Assembly: GCA_964527715.1 (NCBI GenBank)
Contig: CAZGOD010000005.1
Location: 22,793-86,792, forward strand
Length of the DNA: 64,000 bases
Source of the DNA: an uncultured Thermoplasmatales archaeon
GTDB lineage: Archaea; Thermoplasmatota; E2; DHVEG-1
Reading direction: 5' to 3'
The translations under genes and the position numbers were made by a program. This document shows positions 10,159 to 20,672 of the stretch, in pieces. The notes beneath the pieces are model-generated. The model saw nothing but the letters and a program-made list of their open reading frames with translations, was not told the DNA's origin and did no database searches. The stretch's first letter is position 1, and the number at the start of each line of letters is the position of its first letter.

Positions 10159-11577
10159 TTACATTTCTATTTTTGAAGTAGTTAGATAACTTACTATAAT
10201 AAGTACAATAATAGCGATAGCTATTCCCCATATCGCTGATAGAAAACCATAACCCAGTAATAATTCAAATTGGAATAAAAACACAGAGATTTCACCAACT
10301 ATTATGCTAGCTATACAGCCATATTTTGTAGCTCTTTTCCAATAAAGAGCCGCAATCGCAGTGGGGCATAATACTGCTAGACCTGAAAACGTTGTTGAAA
10401 CAAGTGTTCCCATTATTCCGACCTTTGGATCATATCCGCCGATTACGAATAATATTGCAAACAATGAGAGTATAATAATCAAAATCTTACCAAATAATAT
10501 CTCACTAACACGCTTCTTTTTTACTGGAATGTCTCTTGAAAGCATAGTTGAAAGTGAAAGAAGCTGAGAATCAGCAGTACTCATTAAAGCAGCAAGCGCT
10601 CCGACCATTACAAACGCGAAAACAAAGGAGGGGGTATAGGTTGCTACCATCATAGGTAGAACCATATCCTCCGATCCAGCAGCAATTTCAAGACCCGTTC
10701 CATGTGCCCAAACACCGATGAGAACCGGGAATAAAAACAGAAACGATACAACTACAGGGTAAAGGATCATGGCCCTTTTCAAAGATTTCTCATCTTTTGC
10801 TGTGTAAAACCTTGAAAAAACCTGGGGAAACATTGGATCAGCGAATATCCAGAGTAACATAAATGAGAACCACATCTGCGGCATGAAAAAATCACCACCA
10901 CCGGGGCGAGTAAAAAGCTCTGGTTTAGCAGCATACGTGGCTGTATTTGCTGCTTCAAAACCACCAAGTTCAACTGCTATAAACACAACCGCGAGGGTCA
11001 TAGCAATTATCATTATCAAACCCTGGACGACATCGGTCCATCCAGATCCTCTCATACCACCTGATAAAACATAGACCATGATCACTATCATAGTAATTAT
11101 TGCCCCTATCTGCCAGGTGATCTCTGGCACCATATAATTGATTAGTAAACCTGCCCCAATCGCCTGAGTTGCTAAATATGGAATGGTAAAAATAACCATA
11201 ACAAACATGAATATCAGGCGAAGGCTAACACTGTTGAATCTATCACCTATGAGCTCTGGAGGTGTTATGTAGCCTTTTTTTCTCCCGAGTTTCCATACTT
11301 TTCTACCGATGATGTAGAACATTATGGCCATTATAGCGGTTCCAAAACCCATTATCCCATATTGCCCAAAACCACTTGAGTAGGCTTTACCTGCAAATCC
11401 TAGAAACGTAAATGCAGAGAAATTTGTAGCTGCTAAAGTAAAAAACAATATGAGCGGGCCAAATGTTCTATTAGCTAGAAAATAGTCCTCAGGGGTCTTT
11501 TTAGTTCTTTTATGGGCAAATATTCCTAGGGCGATGAGAAAAATAAAATAAATAACAACAAGCCCTATGAATATCAC
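10159..11577 (-). CDS. Sodium:solute symporter (SSS) family transporter
   Basis: EDYFLANR, SAFTFLG, GGMRG..WTDVVQG and AALMSTADSQLL motifs. Confidence 0.92.
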   Translation of the reverse strand: MIFIGLVVIYFIFLIALGIFAHKRTKKTPEDYFLANRTFGPLILFFTLAATNFSAFTFLGFAGKAYSSGFGQYGIMGFGTAIMAIMFYIIGRKVWKLGRKKGYITPPELIGDRFNSVSLRLIFMFVMVIFTIPYLATQAIGAGLLINYMVPEITWQIGAIITMIVIMVYVLSGGMRGSGWTDVVQGLIMIIAMTLAVVFIAVELGGFEAANTATYAAKPELFTRPGGGDFFMPQMWFSFMLLWIFADPMFPQVFSRFYTAKDEKSLKRAMILYPVVVSFLFLFPVLIGVWAHGTGLEIAAGSEDMVLPMMVATYTPSFVFAFVMVGALAALMSTADSQLLSLSTMLSRDIPVKKKRVSEILFGKILIIILSLFAILFVIGGYDPKVGIMGTLVSTTFSGLAVLCPTAIAALYWKRATKYGCIASIIVGEISVFLFQFELLLGYGFLSAIWGIAIAIIVLIIVSYLTTSKIEM

Positions 11578-11795
11578 TTTTTATCCTCCCAATAATTTTT
11601 TGAAAACACATAGAAAACAAGTGAGGTGAATAATGTTAGAAACAACGAGTAGTACATCCAGAGAGGCAGCCCAAGGAACATTGGATGTGATTGTTCCCAA
11701 CCCCAGAAATCTAGGGATATAATGAATAGTACAATGAAGAGGATGTACCAGATGATATTTTTCTTATTTGGAAACCAGAATGGTATTTTTTTCAA
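11574..11795 (-). CDS. Small 2-TM SSS partner protein (DUF3311/DUF997-like)
   Basis: DFWGW...P..LGLPLW motif; overlaps the SSS start (GTGA). Confidence 0.75.
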   Translation of the reverse strand: MKKIPFWFPNKKNIIWYILFIVLFIISLDFWGWEQSHPMFLGLPLWMYYSLFLTLFTSLVFYVFSKNYWEDKK

Positions 11796-11931
11796 ACTAT
11801 CATTTCCCTAGTTAAATTATCTTTTCTGTTTCCTGGTTTTACGGGCTGGAAACAGCAAAAAAACAATGCCCTTAATGATATTCCAAATTGGCATTAATTA
11901 CGAAAGTGTATTTAAAATTTTTAGTTTATTT

Positions 11932-12747
11932 CTATGTTACTTCTATATCACGATGCTCAAAATAAAGCATAGATATAATTAAGCAAACAGTGGTAACAGC
12001 TATTAGAACAATAACTCCAGAAATGTCAACCTTTCCAAATTTTAATGAATCATATGGATTAAAATAGTGAGTTATTGAAACATAACCTATGCCTTCATAA
12101 TCGGGTACAATTTTAGAAATTGATTCAAGTACATACATGCCCATAAGTAATGCAATGAAGAAAATGCTAGCCTTCATTTTTTCATCGATTATTACGGAGA
12201 TAAGTAGCCCTATACCAATTACTGCAAGTAAATAAGGGATTGATGCTAAATGAGTTAAAAATAAATAATAAAGATTCAAGTCTTCTCCAATCGCGACAGT
12301 GGTACCTATAACTGTTAACATCGTTGCAAAGTTAATAATTAATATTAGAGGAATTAATCCAATAAATTTTTCAAATACAATCTGTTTTCTTGAAACAGGG
12401 TTTGACATCAGTAAATCAATTGTTTTTCCTTCAATTTCTTTAGATATCTGAGATGCTGCAATAAAACCGAGTAAAATTCCTAAAATAACAACCCAAAATA
12501 TTTGATAGAGCTCCAGATTTATAAAACCAACATAAGTGGCCATATCAGCCGCAGCTGGGCCAAAAAATGGTTCAAATGGTTCTGCTCCACCTGTTGCTAT
12601 CATATCTTCTAATACGCCCTTAAAAGATGGAAACATTCCACAATACATTGCTGCCATTCCCATGAAAAGAAGAGTTATAATAATTGTAATTTTTTTATTA
12701 TCTTTCATTGTTTGAAAAGCAATTCTTAAACGAAATATATCATTCAT
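11932..12747 (-). CDS. ABC-2 type exporter permease
   Basis: SKEIEGKTIDLLMSNPVSR..IVFEKF motif, about 6 TM. Confidence 0.88.
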   Translation of the reverse strand: MNDIFRLRIAFQTMKDNKKITIIITLLFMGMAAMYCGMFPSFKGVLEDMIATGGAEPFEPFFGPAAADMATYVGFINLELYQIFWVVILGILLGFIAASQISKEIEGKTIDLLMSNPVSRKQIVFEKFIGLIPLILIINFATMLTVIGTTVAIGEDLNLYYLFLTHLASIPYLLAVIGIGLLISVIIDEKMKASIFFIALLMGMYVLESISKIVPDYEGIGYVSITHYFNPYDSLKFGKVDISGVIVLIAVTTVCLIISMLYFEHRDIEVT

Positions 12748-13613
12748 GTTTGTCCCTCATAATAATGGATAAAAATATCTTCTAATGCAAAGTCATTGAT
12801 TTCTAAGTCTAAGATTGTATATTTTGATAGTTTCTTGATTAATTGGTCAATATTATTTGTAACAACAAACTCTATCCAACCATCTTTGATTTTAATGTCC
12901 TTTGGTCCTTTGAATGTTTCAGGTTTTCCTTTGATTTTTAAGCGGATTTTTTTCCCCCGTTTATGTTTTAAAGTTTCAACATCTTCAAGAGCTACTAGTT
13001 CCCCGTTTCGTATTATACCTACACGGTCACAGATTTTATCAACCTCACTTAAAATATGTGAGGAGAAAAGCATAGTTTTACCTTTTTTCTTTTGTTTTAA
13101 TATGAAGTCATAGAATTTCTGTTGTAAAAGCGGGTCTAAACCAGCGGTTGGTTCATCCATAATTACCATCTCAGGATCATCCATAAAAGCTTGTATAATC
13201 CCTAGTTTTTGTTTCATCCCCTTAGAGTATCCTTTGACTTTTCTTTCTAGTGGAACCTTGAATATTTTTAGTAGTTCATCAAGTAATGTCATCTCACGGC
13301 TTCTAAGTGCAGCGAAGTAATCCAGGAACTGTTTACCTGTTAGATGACCATATATGTTCAGGTCACCTGGGATGTATGCGACTTCTCGTTTGATTTCTAC
13401 GATATCTTCTTCAATGTTTTTTCCAAAAATAGTAGCACTACCACGCGTTGGCTGGAGGTATCCAAGAAGTGTTCTGATTGTAGTAGTTTTACCCGCTCCA
13501 TTGGGTCCAAGGAATCCAAAAACTTCTCCTTTTTTCACTGTAAAACTAAGGTTTTCTACTCCCTTGATTTCTCCATAATACTTGGTTAAATTTTTAGTAA
13601 TTATAACATCCAC
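12744..13613 (-). CDS. ABC transporter ATP-binding protein
   Basis: GPNGAGKTT Walker A, YSKGMKQK signature, IMDEPT Walker B, SSH. Confidence 0.95.
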   Translation of the reverse strand: MDVIITKNLTKYYGEIKGVENLSFTVKKGEVFGFLGPNGAGKTTTIRTLLGYLQPTRGSATIFGKNIEEDIVEIKREVAYIPGDLNIYGHLTGKQFLDYFAALRSREMTLLDELLKIFKVPLERKVKGYSKGMKQKLGIIQAFMDDPEMVIMDEPTAGLDPLLQQKFYDFILKQKKKGKTMLFSSHILSEVDKICDRVGIIRNGELVALEDVETLKHKRGKKIRLKIKGKPETFKGPKDIKIKDGWIEFVVTNNIDQLIKKLSKYTILDLEINDFALEDIFIHYYEGQT

Positions 13614-13675
13614 AAGGCATCCACGCTAAAAGTAACAAAAAAGTTTATTTAAATATATTGAAAATAGTTTTAGAG

Positions 13676-14047
13676 TTAAGCTGCGATCATTTCGTTAATG
13701 TTCGTTATTAACTCGCTAACATCAAAAGGTTTGGTGATGTAATCACGTATGTAGGATTCAACTCCTCTCATTTTTTCGTGATCCTGTGTGCCTTTTGCTG
13801 TTAGTATTGATATTGCAACGTTTTTTGCTAGTCCTTTATCGATTATTTCTTTTATTGTATCCCATCCATCCATAAAGGGCATCATTATATCCATTAGTAT
13901 TATGCCTTTGAAGCCATTCTCTAGTTCTTTGATACAATCTTTTCCACTGTCAACAGTGAAAACCTCGTAGCCTTCTTTTTCAAAAATTCTTCTTATAACT
14001 ATTAATACATCAGGGTCATCATCTACGATCATGAGTTTTTTTTCCAT
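13676..14047 (-). CDS. Single-domain response regulator (receiver)
   Basis: IVDDD, LMDIMMP.MDG, LTA and KPF motifs. Confidence 0.92.
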   Translation of the reverse strand: MEKKLMIVDDDPDVLIVIRRIFEKEGYEVFTVDSGKDCIKELENGFKGIILMDIMMPFMDGWDTIKEIIDKGLAKNVAISILTAKGTQDHEKMRGVESYIRDYITKPFDVSELITNINEMIAA

Positions 14048-14091
14048 TCTTCCTCTCTCCTTCTCCTTTATAAGAGTTAAAATGCGAATGT

Positions 14092-14125
14092 TAACATGTT
14101 ATACTTTGAAGTGCTTTATATATAA
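14092..14125 (-). promoter_or_regulatory. Promoter: TATA (TTATATAT) plus TAACATGTTA palindrome
   Basis: TATA at 14125-14118, perfect palindrome at 14092-14101; same spacing recurs at 21493-21526 and 20589-20622. Confidence 0.5.
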
Positions 14126-14159
14126 AGATATCGTGTGATTTTTGCAAATTGAAAAAATA

Positions 14160-14912
14160 CTACTTTAGAATCATCTTATATAATATATTGCTAAGTTCGC
14201 CAATTTGCTCAGGAGAAAGCGCCTCAACTCTATTATTTAAAAAAGGAACATCAACGAAATCATTTTTATACAAAAGTTCCAGAGTGTTCTTTATTTTTTT
14301 ACGTCTATGATTAAATAATTCCCTTGTTAAATCAAAAAAGAATTTCTCATTCAAAACCTTGAAAGGGGCTTCCTGCCTAGGAGTCAACTTGATCATGGAC
14401 GAGTCAACTTTTGGCTGCGGATGGAAATAAGTTTTAGGAACTGTATCAATGATTTCACAACAGGCTTTATAATATACACCTACAGAGAGACGGGAATAAT
14501 CCTTGTTTCCAGGTGTTGCGATCATTCTAGATGCAAATTCTTTCTGGTAAATAAGTACAGCAAGGTCAAAATCATAATCTAGTATTTTGAATGTAACTGG
14601 GGATGATATTTGAAAGGGTAGATTTGAAACAATTTTGTTAAAACGTGGTAGAGTTTCAAAATCAATTTTTAATATATTGTTATGTAATAGTTCTACGTTA
14701 TCTGGTAAAAATTTTTTGAGATTTTTTACAAGTTTTTTGTCTATTTCAACTGCGATTACTTTTTTTGCTCTCCTTGCTAAAAGATTTGTTAGAATACCGT
14801 TACCGGGTCCTATCTCCAATACTATGTCATCCTTGGTAATATTTGCATGTTCTATTTCTCTCTCAGCTATTTTTTTATCAACTAAGAAATTTTGACCAAG
14901 TTTATTTTTCAT
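14160..14912 (-). CDS. rsmA: 16S rRNA m6,2A dimethyltransferase RsmA/KsgA
   Basis: LGQNFL, LEIGPG.G.LT, SNLPFQISS and PQPKVDS motifs. Confidence 0.95.
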   Translation of the reverse strand: MKNKLGQNFLVDKKIAEREIEHANITKDDIVLEIGPGNGILTNLLARRAKKVIAVEIDKKLVKNLKKFLPDNVELLHNNILKIDFETLPRFNKIVSNLPFQISSPVTFKILDYDFDLAVLIYQKEFASRMIATPGNKDYSRLSVGVYYKACCEIIDTVPKTYFHPQPKVDSSMIKLTPRQEAPFKVLNEKFFFDLTRELFNHRRKKIKNTLELLYKNDFVDVPFLNNRVEALSPEQIGELSNILYKMILK

Positions 14913-14916
14913 AGTA

Positions 14917-15510
14917 CTAATAATGATGACCCTTTGAGACCGGGGGTCGAGTGAAAAGACGATATTTCTGATTAGGATCAGTGAGTTCCAGTTCTATTCT
15001 TTTCGCGATAAGTTTATCAGGTGCACGTAGGAAATCTATACGTTCACACATTTCATTAAAACTACTAAATGGTTTTTTCCTACGTTCCTCAAGGATATCA
15101 TGCATCATTTTTTTACCAAGACCCGGGAGAAGCTCTAGTACGTGAAAACGAGTAGATATCGCAGGTGAATCATTATAGAACTTGATGAAACGATCCTCAT
15201 TATCTTTTACTACGTCAAGTAGGACATAGGGCATCTCGCCATGTGCTGTGGAGGTCATATCCTCATAGTTAATTCTACCTTTGATTTTCGCAATTTTTTG
15301 TCTTTTATCAGCATCCTTTCCAACATATATTTTTTCACCAATGGTAAAGGATGATTCCTTTTTGGGGACTAGTTCAAGTAATGTAAACTGACTCTCACCT
15401 ACCGCATAGACCAGTGATTGTCTCTTATGAGGGGGTAAGTCTCCTCTACCCTTGGCTAGGTAATCTAAAACATATACATAGTCCTCCATTTTTTTAGACC
15501 TCCCGCTCAT
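14917..15510 (-). CDS. DUF655 putative RNA-binding protein
   Basis: YVLDYL, GE..FTLLEL, LELLPGLGKK (HhH); conserved archaeal neighbour of rpoF and rsmA. Confidence 0.88.
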   Translation of the reverse strand: MSGRSKKMEDYVYVLDYLAKGRGDLPPHKRQSLVYAVGESQFTLLELVPKKESSFTIGEKIYVGKDADKRQKIAKIKGRINYEDMTSTAHGEMPYVLLDVVKDNEDRFIKFYNDSPAISTRFHVLELLPGLGKKMMHDILEERRKKPFSSFNEMCERIDFLRAPDKLIAKRIELELTDPNQKYRLFTRPPVSKGHHY

Positions 15511-15849
15511 CTACTCTATATTATATTTACTTACTATTTCTAATATTTTTCTTATATCAGTTTCACCTATTGTGATTCTCTCCTTCGCTAGGATGGTTTT
15601 GATGTCATCCTCGGTTTTTGGGAGTATATCAGCTATTTTATACACGTGATTTTCATTTAGGATTTCAAGTTTTTTTAACTCATTTATTAGATCATTTGTT
15701 TTTTTAACATTGAGTTTTGCAAATTTCTGAGCATGCTCTAGCGCAATTTTTTGTTCGTATAGCATTTCTTCTCGTTCTTTGCTAATTTTTTTTAGAATGT
15801 TTTTTACTTCTGCTAGTGAAACAGGTTTTAGTTCTTCTTCAGGGCTCAA
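15511..15849 (-). CDS. rpoF: RNA polymerase subunit Rpo4 (RpoF)
   Basis: VSLAEVK.IL, YEQ.IALEHAQKF and KIADILP motifs; synteny. Confidence 0.9.
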   Translation of the reverse strand: MSPEEELKPVSLAEVKNILKKISKEREEMLYEQKIALEHAQKFAKLNVKKTNDLINELKKLEILNENHVYKIADILPKTEDDIKTILAKERITIGETDIRKILEIVSKYNIE

Positions 15850-15850
15850 T

Positions 15851-16144
15851 TTATTGCACTCTCCTTAAATGCTCAGATCTAATTATCAATGTTTTATGTT
15901 TTTTACCATCGTTTATTCCAACTAGGTATGATTCTCCTTGTTTCCCTTCGATTTTACCTGTGTAACCCTGGAATCTTATATGTGGCATGCCTTTGTGAAC
16001 TGCAGAGTCTATAACGATGTTTACTGAGTCTCCTTGTTCAAATTGTTGCAATGCTCTTGTAATCGATTTTATACCTCTGTCTCTTGGTCTTTTTCTTAGT
16101 ATGTTTCTGCTTTTGCTTCTAATACCTTTTGATCGTTTAACCAA
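15851..16144 (-). CDS. rpl21e: 50S ribosomal protein eL21
   Basis: SKG.RS.SR and HKGMPH.RFQG.TG motifs. Confidence 0.95.
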   Translation of the reverse strand: MVKRSKGIRSKSRNILRKRPRDRGIKSITRALQQFEQGDSVNIVIDSAVHKGMPHIRFQGYTGKIEGKQGESYLVGINDGKKHKTLIIRSEHLRRVQ

Positions 16145-16147
16145 TTT

Positions 16148-17377
16148 TTATTCCCCCTTGATTTCTATCACGTCTAGTTGTGTAACGTTACAGGGAACAC
16201 CGATTAGTTCACTAATGCTCGGTTTTGTTTTTCCATTGTCACCAGATACCAGTTCCTTTATGTAGGTGCCTGATTCTGTTTCTAAAGTCAATGTTGATAT
16301 ATTGCCATCTATCTTTTCAACATTACAGTTGTATACATACTTAGGTCTAATCAAATCAGCTCGTCTATGAGCCACCCTAGATGGTGTAGATTGACTTATC
16401 TTTTTACCTCGTAATGACTGAGCAGCCTTTATAAGTTTTTCGTATTTTACAGGTTTTTCGCATTTAAAAATAACCCGGTAGATTTTCTTTAGTTTGGCGC
16501 CTTTAATTCTTGCTACTTCGTCTCTATCGGAAAAACGAAGATCATTGACCTCGATTACATTCTTGTTTTTTTTGTTAATAGCTGATTCGATCTTAGTTAA
16601 ACCAATGGTTCTAACCTTTGGGTTGTTGATTTCTAGGATAAATGGGCGTCCGTTTCCAAGCATGCGGACGTCAATGTCTTCTCTACCTGCTCCATGGAAT
16701 GATTCATCATTTCCATGTGTTTCTCTTAAAAATATTTCTGCGACTAACTCTTCGACACTTGTATCATAGATTTTACCAGTGTAATTGCATTTTTTGCAGC
16801 CTTTTCCTCTGCAAATTTTACAGAACCATTTTGTCTGAGGGATTTCTCTACTAAATTTTTTGTAACGCCCATAAATAAAAAGAGCGTGTATCTGCAAGTT
16901 TACAACATCGAAACATGTGTCGACAACTGTCATTATATCTGGTTTTTCAAAATTAACTTCTTTTCTGAGTTTTTCCTCTAGGATTTTTCCAGTTTCTCGG
17001 TTTAGCTCTGTTTTAATGGATTCAGAAAACTCGGAACCTGTATACTCATAAAGTTTTTGTTCTCTTTCTAGTATATCCTCATCAATTTTTGTACCAACAA
17101 GAAAAGTATCAAACTCATAACTTTTTAGGGATTTTGAAATTAAATCTACAAAATGCGGGATTTCCTCTATAAGACCTTCACAGAGCCAGCAATCACATAT
17201 CTCTGTTTTCTTGTTTTTTTTAGTAAGATTTCTAATAGCCTCCCCTCGATCCTGGTTTGTTTTTCCTTTTTCAATTTGTGCAAAAACTCTTCCCAGGCAA
17301 TGATCGCATAGTTTGTATTTTTTTAGGGTTTTTTCTGCTATTTGAATGTTTTTTTTATCTTTCAGACTATTAGTCAT
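16148..17377 (-). CDS. pus10: tRNA pseudouridine(54/55) synthase Pus10
   Basis: CxxCLGR, IPQTKW, FHGAGREDIDVRMLG.GRPF and GTYIKELVSGD motifs. Confidence 0.95.
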   Translation of the reverse strand: MTNSLKDKKNIQIAEKTLKKYKLCDHCLGRVFAQIEKGKTNQDRGEAIRNLTKKNKKTEICDCWLCEGLIEEIPHFVDLISKSLKSYEFDTFLVGTKIDEDILEREQKLYEYTGSEFSESIKTELNRETGKILEEKLRKEVNFEKPDIMTVVDTCFDVVNLQIHALFIYGRYKKFSREIPQTKWFCKICRGKGCKKCNYTGKIYDTSVEELVAEIFLRETHGNDESFHGAGREDIDVRMLGNGRPFILEINNPKVRTIGLTKIESAINKKNKNVIEVNDLRFSDRDEVARIKGAKLKKIYRVIFKCEKPVKYEKLIKAAQSLRGKKISQSTPSRVAHRRADLIRPKYVYNCNVEKIDGNISTLTLETESGTYIKELVSGDNGKTKPSISELIGVPCNVTQLDVIEIKGE

Positions 17378-17599
17378 CTGAAGGGCTTAACAAGAAATAG
17401 TATTTTAAATATTAGTATACGAAGATATACTCAATGGGTTTAGCAACTTTTTTAACAAGAAAAATCAATGCTGAAAATAAACCCATGTTTTAAAACCCAT
17501 TTACTTTTTGTGTGGTTTTATAAAAAAACAATTTTTTCATCTTTTTATAATATCTTTTAAACTGTTTGATATTTTTGGCTTTGCACAACGATCTCTGCT

Positions 17600-19027
17600 C
17601 TATCGATGAAGCTCATAAACTTGTTTGTTGACCTCTGCCATCCGTTCAACAAGAACGGTATGCTCTTTGTCATAAGGGTTAACAACACCAGTACTAGTAA
17701 CAACGCCTTCCTTCGCCCTATCAACAAGACTAAACCAATGATGACCTACCATATACGGTTTTTTCAAACAATTACGAGTATACCATTCATAATAATTGGC
17801 TTTGCTCTCTTCTGATGATCTAATTCTCAGAAATATCAAGACGCCTAGAGGATCACTGTTCCATTCAGAGACAATTAATGGTTTACCCGTAATATCATAA
17901 TATCTTTTCATCCAATCATCAAGGGGGACTAGATCTCTAATTAGAATCTGTATTCTCTTAAGAGGATCGTACACCCGCTTGCAATCACGATAATTGTTGA
18001 TGCTTATAACATCACAATATTTTCCGCACTCCTCTATCACACCTTCAGGTGCTCCCCATGGATGAAAACGAACACCGAGAATCAAATGATTAGGATCATA
18101 ACTTCTCAAAATCCCTGTTATATTTTCGAAATATATGTGTGCAACCAACCGAGCAAAATCTTGAATATCTGATTTAACTCTTGGGATAAAATGCTGCGCC
18201 TTCCAACCCACCCTACCAAGTTTTACTACATCATAAAGCTCATCGAAACTCTTCAAATTCATATTCCAAACTCTATTAAATACTTCAATACCATCATCCT
18301 TATATCGACTGATGAGAAACTCAACTGCTTTAAATTTCCCTGGCTGAAGCTTTTCATATGGCACAGACATATAAACTTCTAAAAGAGACTCTGTGGAAAA
18401 ACCCCTAATATTAGGCTCCCAATGTATCTCATTGTCCAACCAATATCCAATCAAATAAGGATCATCTTTTAAACTCTCTGCAACTTCACTTATACCATTC
18501 TGTACAATTTCCCACCAAAAAGGATCAAAAACATCAGGAATATCTTTTTTTACAATTTTGCGCCATTGATCCCTGCCGTCTAACCTAAAAATAAAAGTAT
18601 GAGTATATGGGATAGGATCATCCACAAATAAACTATAATTACTCCAAGCACTCAGTGTGTTAAAACTCCATATCCTAAGTCTATCCCTTGTAACATTAGC
18701 CCACTCCCTATAACTACCATATTTCTTAAGAACATTAGCATCATAAATATAAGAAAATTCTGTTTTAACGACGTTGACTCCAACAGAATAAAACGCATAG
18801 CCATCAGGAGTAACAAACCACCATACGCCGTCGTCATCCTGAGTAACTTCAAAAAATCCGGTACCATCTGTAAGTTTTATATCTAAACAGCCTTGATACT
18901 TAGATGATGATGAAATTTCTACTTGATCTTTTTCAATTGATGCTGATGAAACATTACCTGATATAATAAAAAGCAGTATGGTTAGGATTAAGATTTTTTT
19001 TATAATGCAGACTACTAGGATTCTCAT
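17600..19027 (-). CDS. Secreted clan GH-A glycoside hydrolase, GH50/agarase-like
   Basis: Signal peptide; GFF....DGVWWFVTPDG.AFYSVG, LIGYWLDNE (acid/base), DPNHLILGVRF, KPLIVSEW (nucleophile), VGHHWF. Confidence 0.75.
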   Translation of the reverse strand: MRILVVCIIKKILILTILLFIISGNVSSASIEKDQVEISSSSKYQGCLDIKLTDGTGFFEVTQDDDGVWWFVTPDGYAFYSVGVNVVKTEFSYIYDANVLKKYGSYREWANVTRDRLRIWSFNTLSAWSNYSLFVDDPIPYTHTFIFRLDGRDQWRKIVKKDIPDVFDPFWWEIVQNGISEVAESLKDDPYLIGYWLDNEIHWEPNIRGFSTESLLEVYMSVPYEKLQPGKFKAVEFLISRYKDDGIEVFNRVWNMNLKSFDELYDVVKLGRVGWKAQHFIPRVKSDIQDFARLVAHIYFENITGILRSYDPNHLILGVRFHPWGAPEGVIEECGKYCDVISINNYRDCKRVYDPLKRIQILIRDLVPLDDWMKRYYDITGKPLIVSEWNSDPLGVLIFLRIRSSEESKANYYEWYTRNCLKKPYMVGHHWFSLVDRAKEGVVTSTGVVNPYDKEHTVLVERMAEVNKQVYELHR

Positions 19028-19202
19028 AGTATTACTATTTATATTCTATCATTGATATATAATGTTTATGGTCCAATTATTAAATTTGAGATGGTTTTTT
19101 TTGTTTTATAAAGCACTAACACACAATCATAAAAAAGTGTCTAACGCTACCTTTTTAACAAGTAATTATATACAGGGTTAAACCTGGAGAGGCAAAAACA
19201 TT

Positions 19203-20507
19203 ATGGTTGAAATTTCTCCATTTAAAGGTATAACTTATAACAAGGATAAAATAAGCAAACTTGGTGATGTAATGTCCCCGCCATATGATATAATTTCTTC
19301 AGAGATGCAAGATGAACTATATGAAAAAAATCCATATAATTTTGTGAGGTTCATACTTGGTAAACAAAACCCAGGTGATACTGATACTAACAATAGGTAT
19401 ACTCGGGCTAAAGAGCTATATGATAAATGGATAAATGAAACAATACTCGTTGGCTCAGATAAACCAGCTATTTTCCCGTATAAAATCAATTACAAGGCTG
19501 ATAACCAGTCTAAAACCATGAATGGTTTCTTTGTTTTACTGAGGTTGGATCCTGAGTATAAATTTGTTAAAGCCCATGAGAGGACACTTCCCAAGCCAAA
19601 AGCAGATCGTTTGAACCTTATGAGAGCTATGAATGCGAACCTTGAACCAATACAGCTTTTATACATCGATGAAGAGCAGAGTATAAGGAAAAAAATTGAT
19701 GAAACAATTGGTGAACCCATTGTTGATGTAACTGGGTATGATGGTTTTAGTCATAAGCTTTGGAAATTAGAAGATGAAAGCATGATTTCTATGATAAAGA
19801 ATAGTCTCAAAGATAAAATCTTGTTTATCGCAGATGGACATCATCGGTATCAAACAGCGGTTAACTATGCAAGTGAGATGAAAAACAAAACTGGTGATAA
19901 GGATGAAAAAGCACCGTTTAATTATAGGATGGTGATCCTTGCTAATATGTTTGATGAGGGTCTTTCTATTCTTCCCACTCATAGATTGATAAAGAAACCT
20001 GATGTTGATGTTGAGGGTTTAATAATAAAATTACGTGAATATTTTATCGTTGAAGAGAAAAAAATTATGGATTCAAAGTATAGTTATGGTGTTGTTAGTG
20101 AGAAAATTAAGGATGAGATTAAAACAGATAGTGAGCATAAATTCGTGATGTATCTGAAGGGTAGGTATTATGTTTTAACACTTAGAGATGAAAGTGTTAT
20201 GGATGGTTTTGCAGGTGATCGTTCAAAGACTTGGCGTAATCTTGATGTGTCTATTTTGCATAAGATTATTCTTGAGGGTTTGATAGGTATTGGTGATAAG
20301 AATCTTGAGGATCATGTTAGGTATACTCGTGTTGATGAAGAAGCGGTTAGATTTGTTGATGAGGGTAGGTTTGATTTTTCTTTTCTTATGAATGCTACTC
20401 GGATTGAGGAGTTAAAGGCTATTGCTGATGCTGGTGAGCATATGCCTCAGAAGTCTACTTATTTTTTGCCTAAGATGTTGTCTGGTCTTGTTATGTATGA
20501 AATGTAA
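19203..20507 (+). CDS. DUF1015 family protein (ParB/Srx-like fold)
   Basis: PPYDII, HERT, IADGHHRY, ILPTHR and MPQKSTYFLPK motifs. Confidence 0.9.
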   Translation: MVEISPFKGITYNKDKISKLGDVMSPPYDIISSEMQDELYEKNPYNFVRFILGKQNPGDTDTNNRYTRAKELYDKWINETILVGSDKPAIFPYKINYKADNQSKTMNGFFVLLRLDPEYKFVKAHERTLPKPKADRLNLMRAMNANLEPIQLLYIDEEQSIRKKIDETIGEPIVDVTGYDGFSHKLWKLEDESMISMIKNSLKDKILFIADGHHRYQTAVNYASEMKNKTGDKDEKAPFNYRMVILANMFDEGLSILPTHRLIKKPDVDVEGLIIKLREYFIVEEKKIMDSKYSYGVVSEKIKDEIKTDSEHKFVMYLKGRYYVLTLRDESVMDGFAGDRSKTWRNLDVSILHKIILEGLIGIGDKNLEDHVRYTRVDEEAVRFVDEGRFDFSFLMNATRIEELKAIADAGEHMPQKSTYFLPKMLSGLVMYEM

Positions 20508-20672
20508 TTGTTTTCATGGTCTTTTTTTTTTATATTTTTAGTAAAATATTTTTGGATTTTTACATTGTGACATTTTTGCTAGAAAGTATTATATACCATT
20601 AATGACAAATATTAACATGATATAGTTTGACTATGTCACGGGACTCTTTATTTATAAAGGGGTGAACATAAA

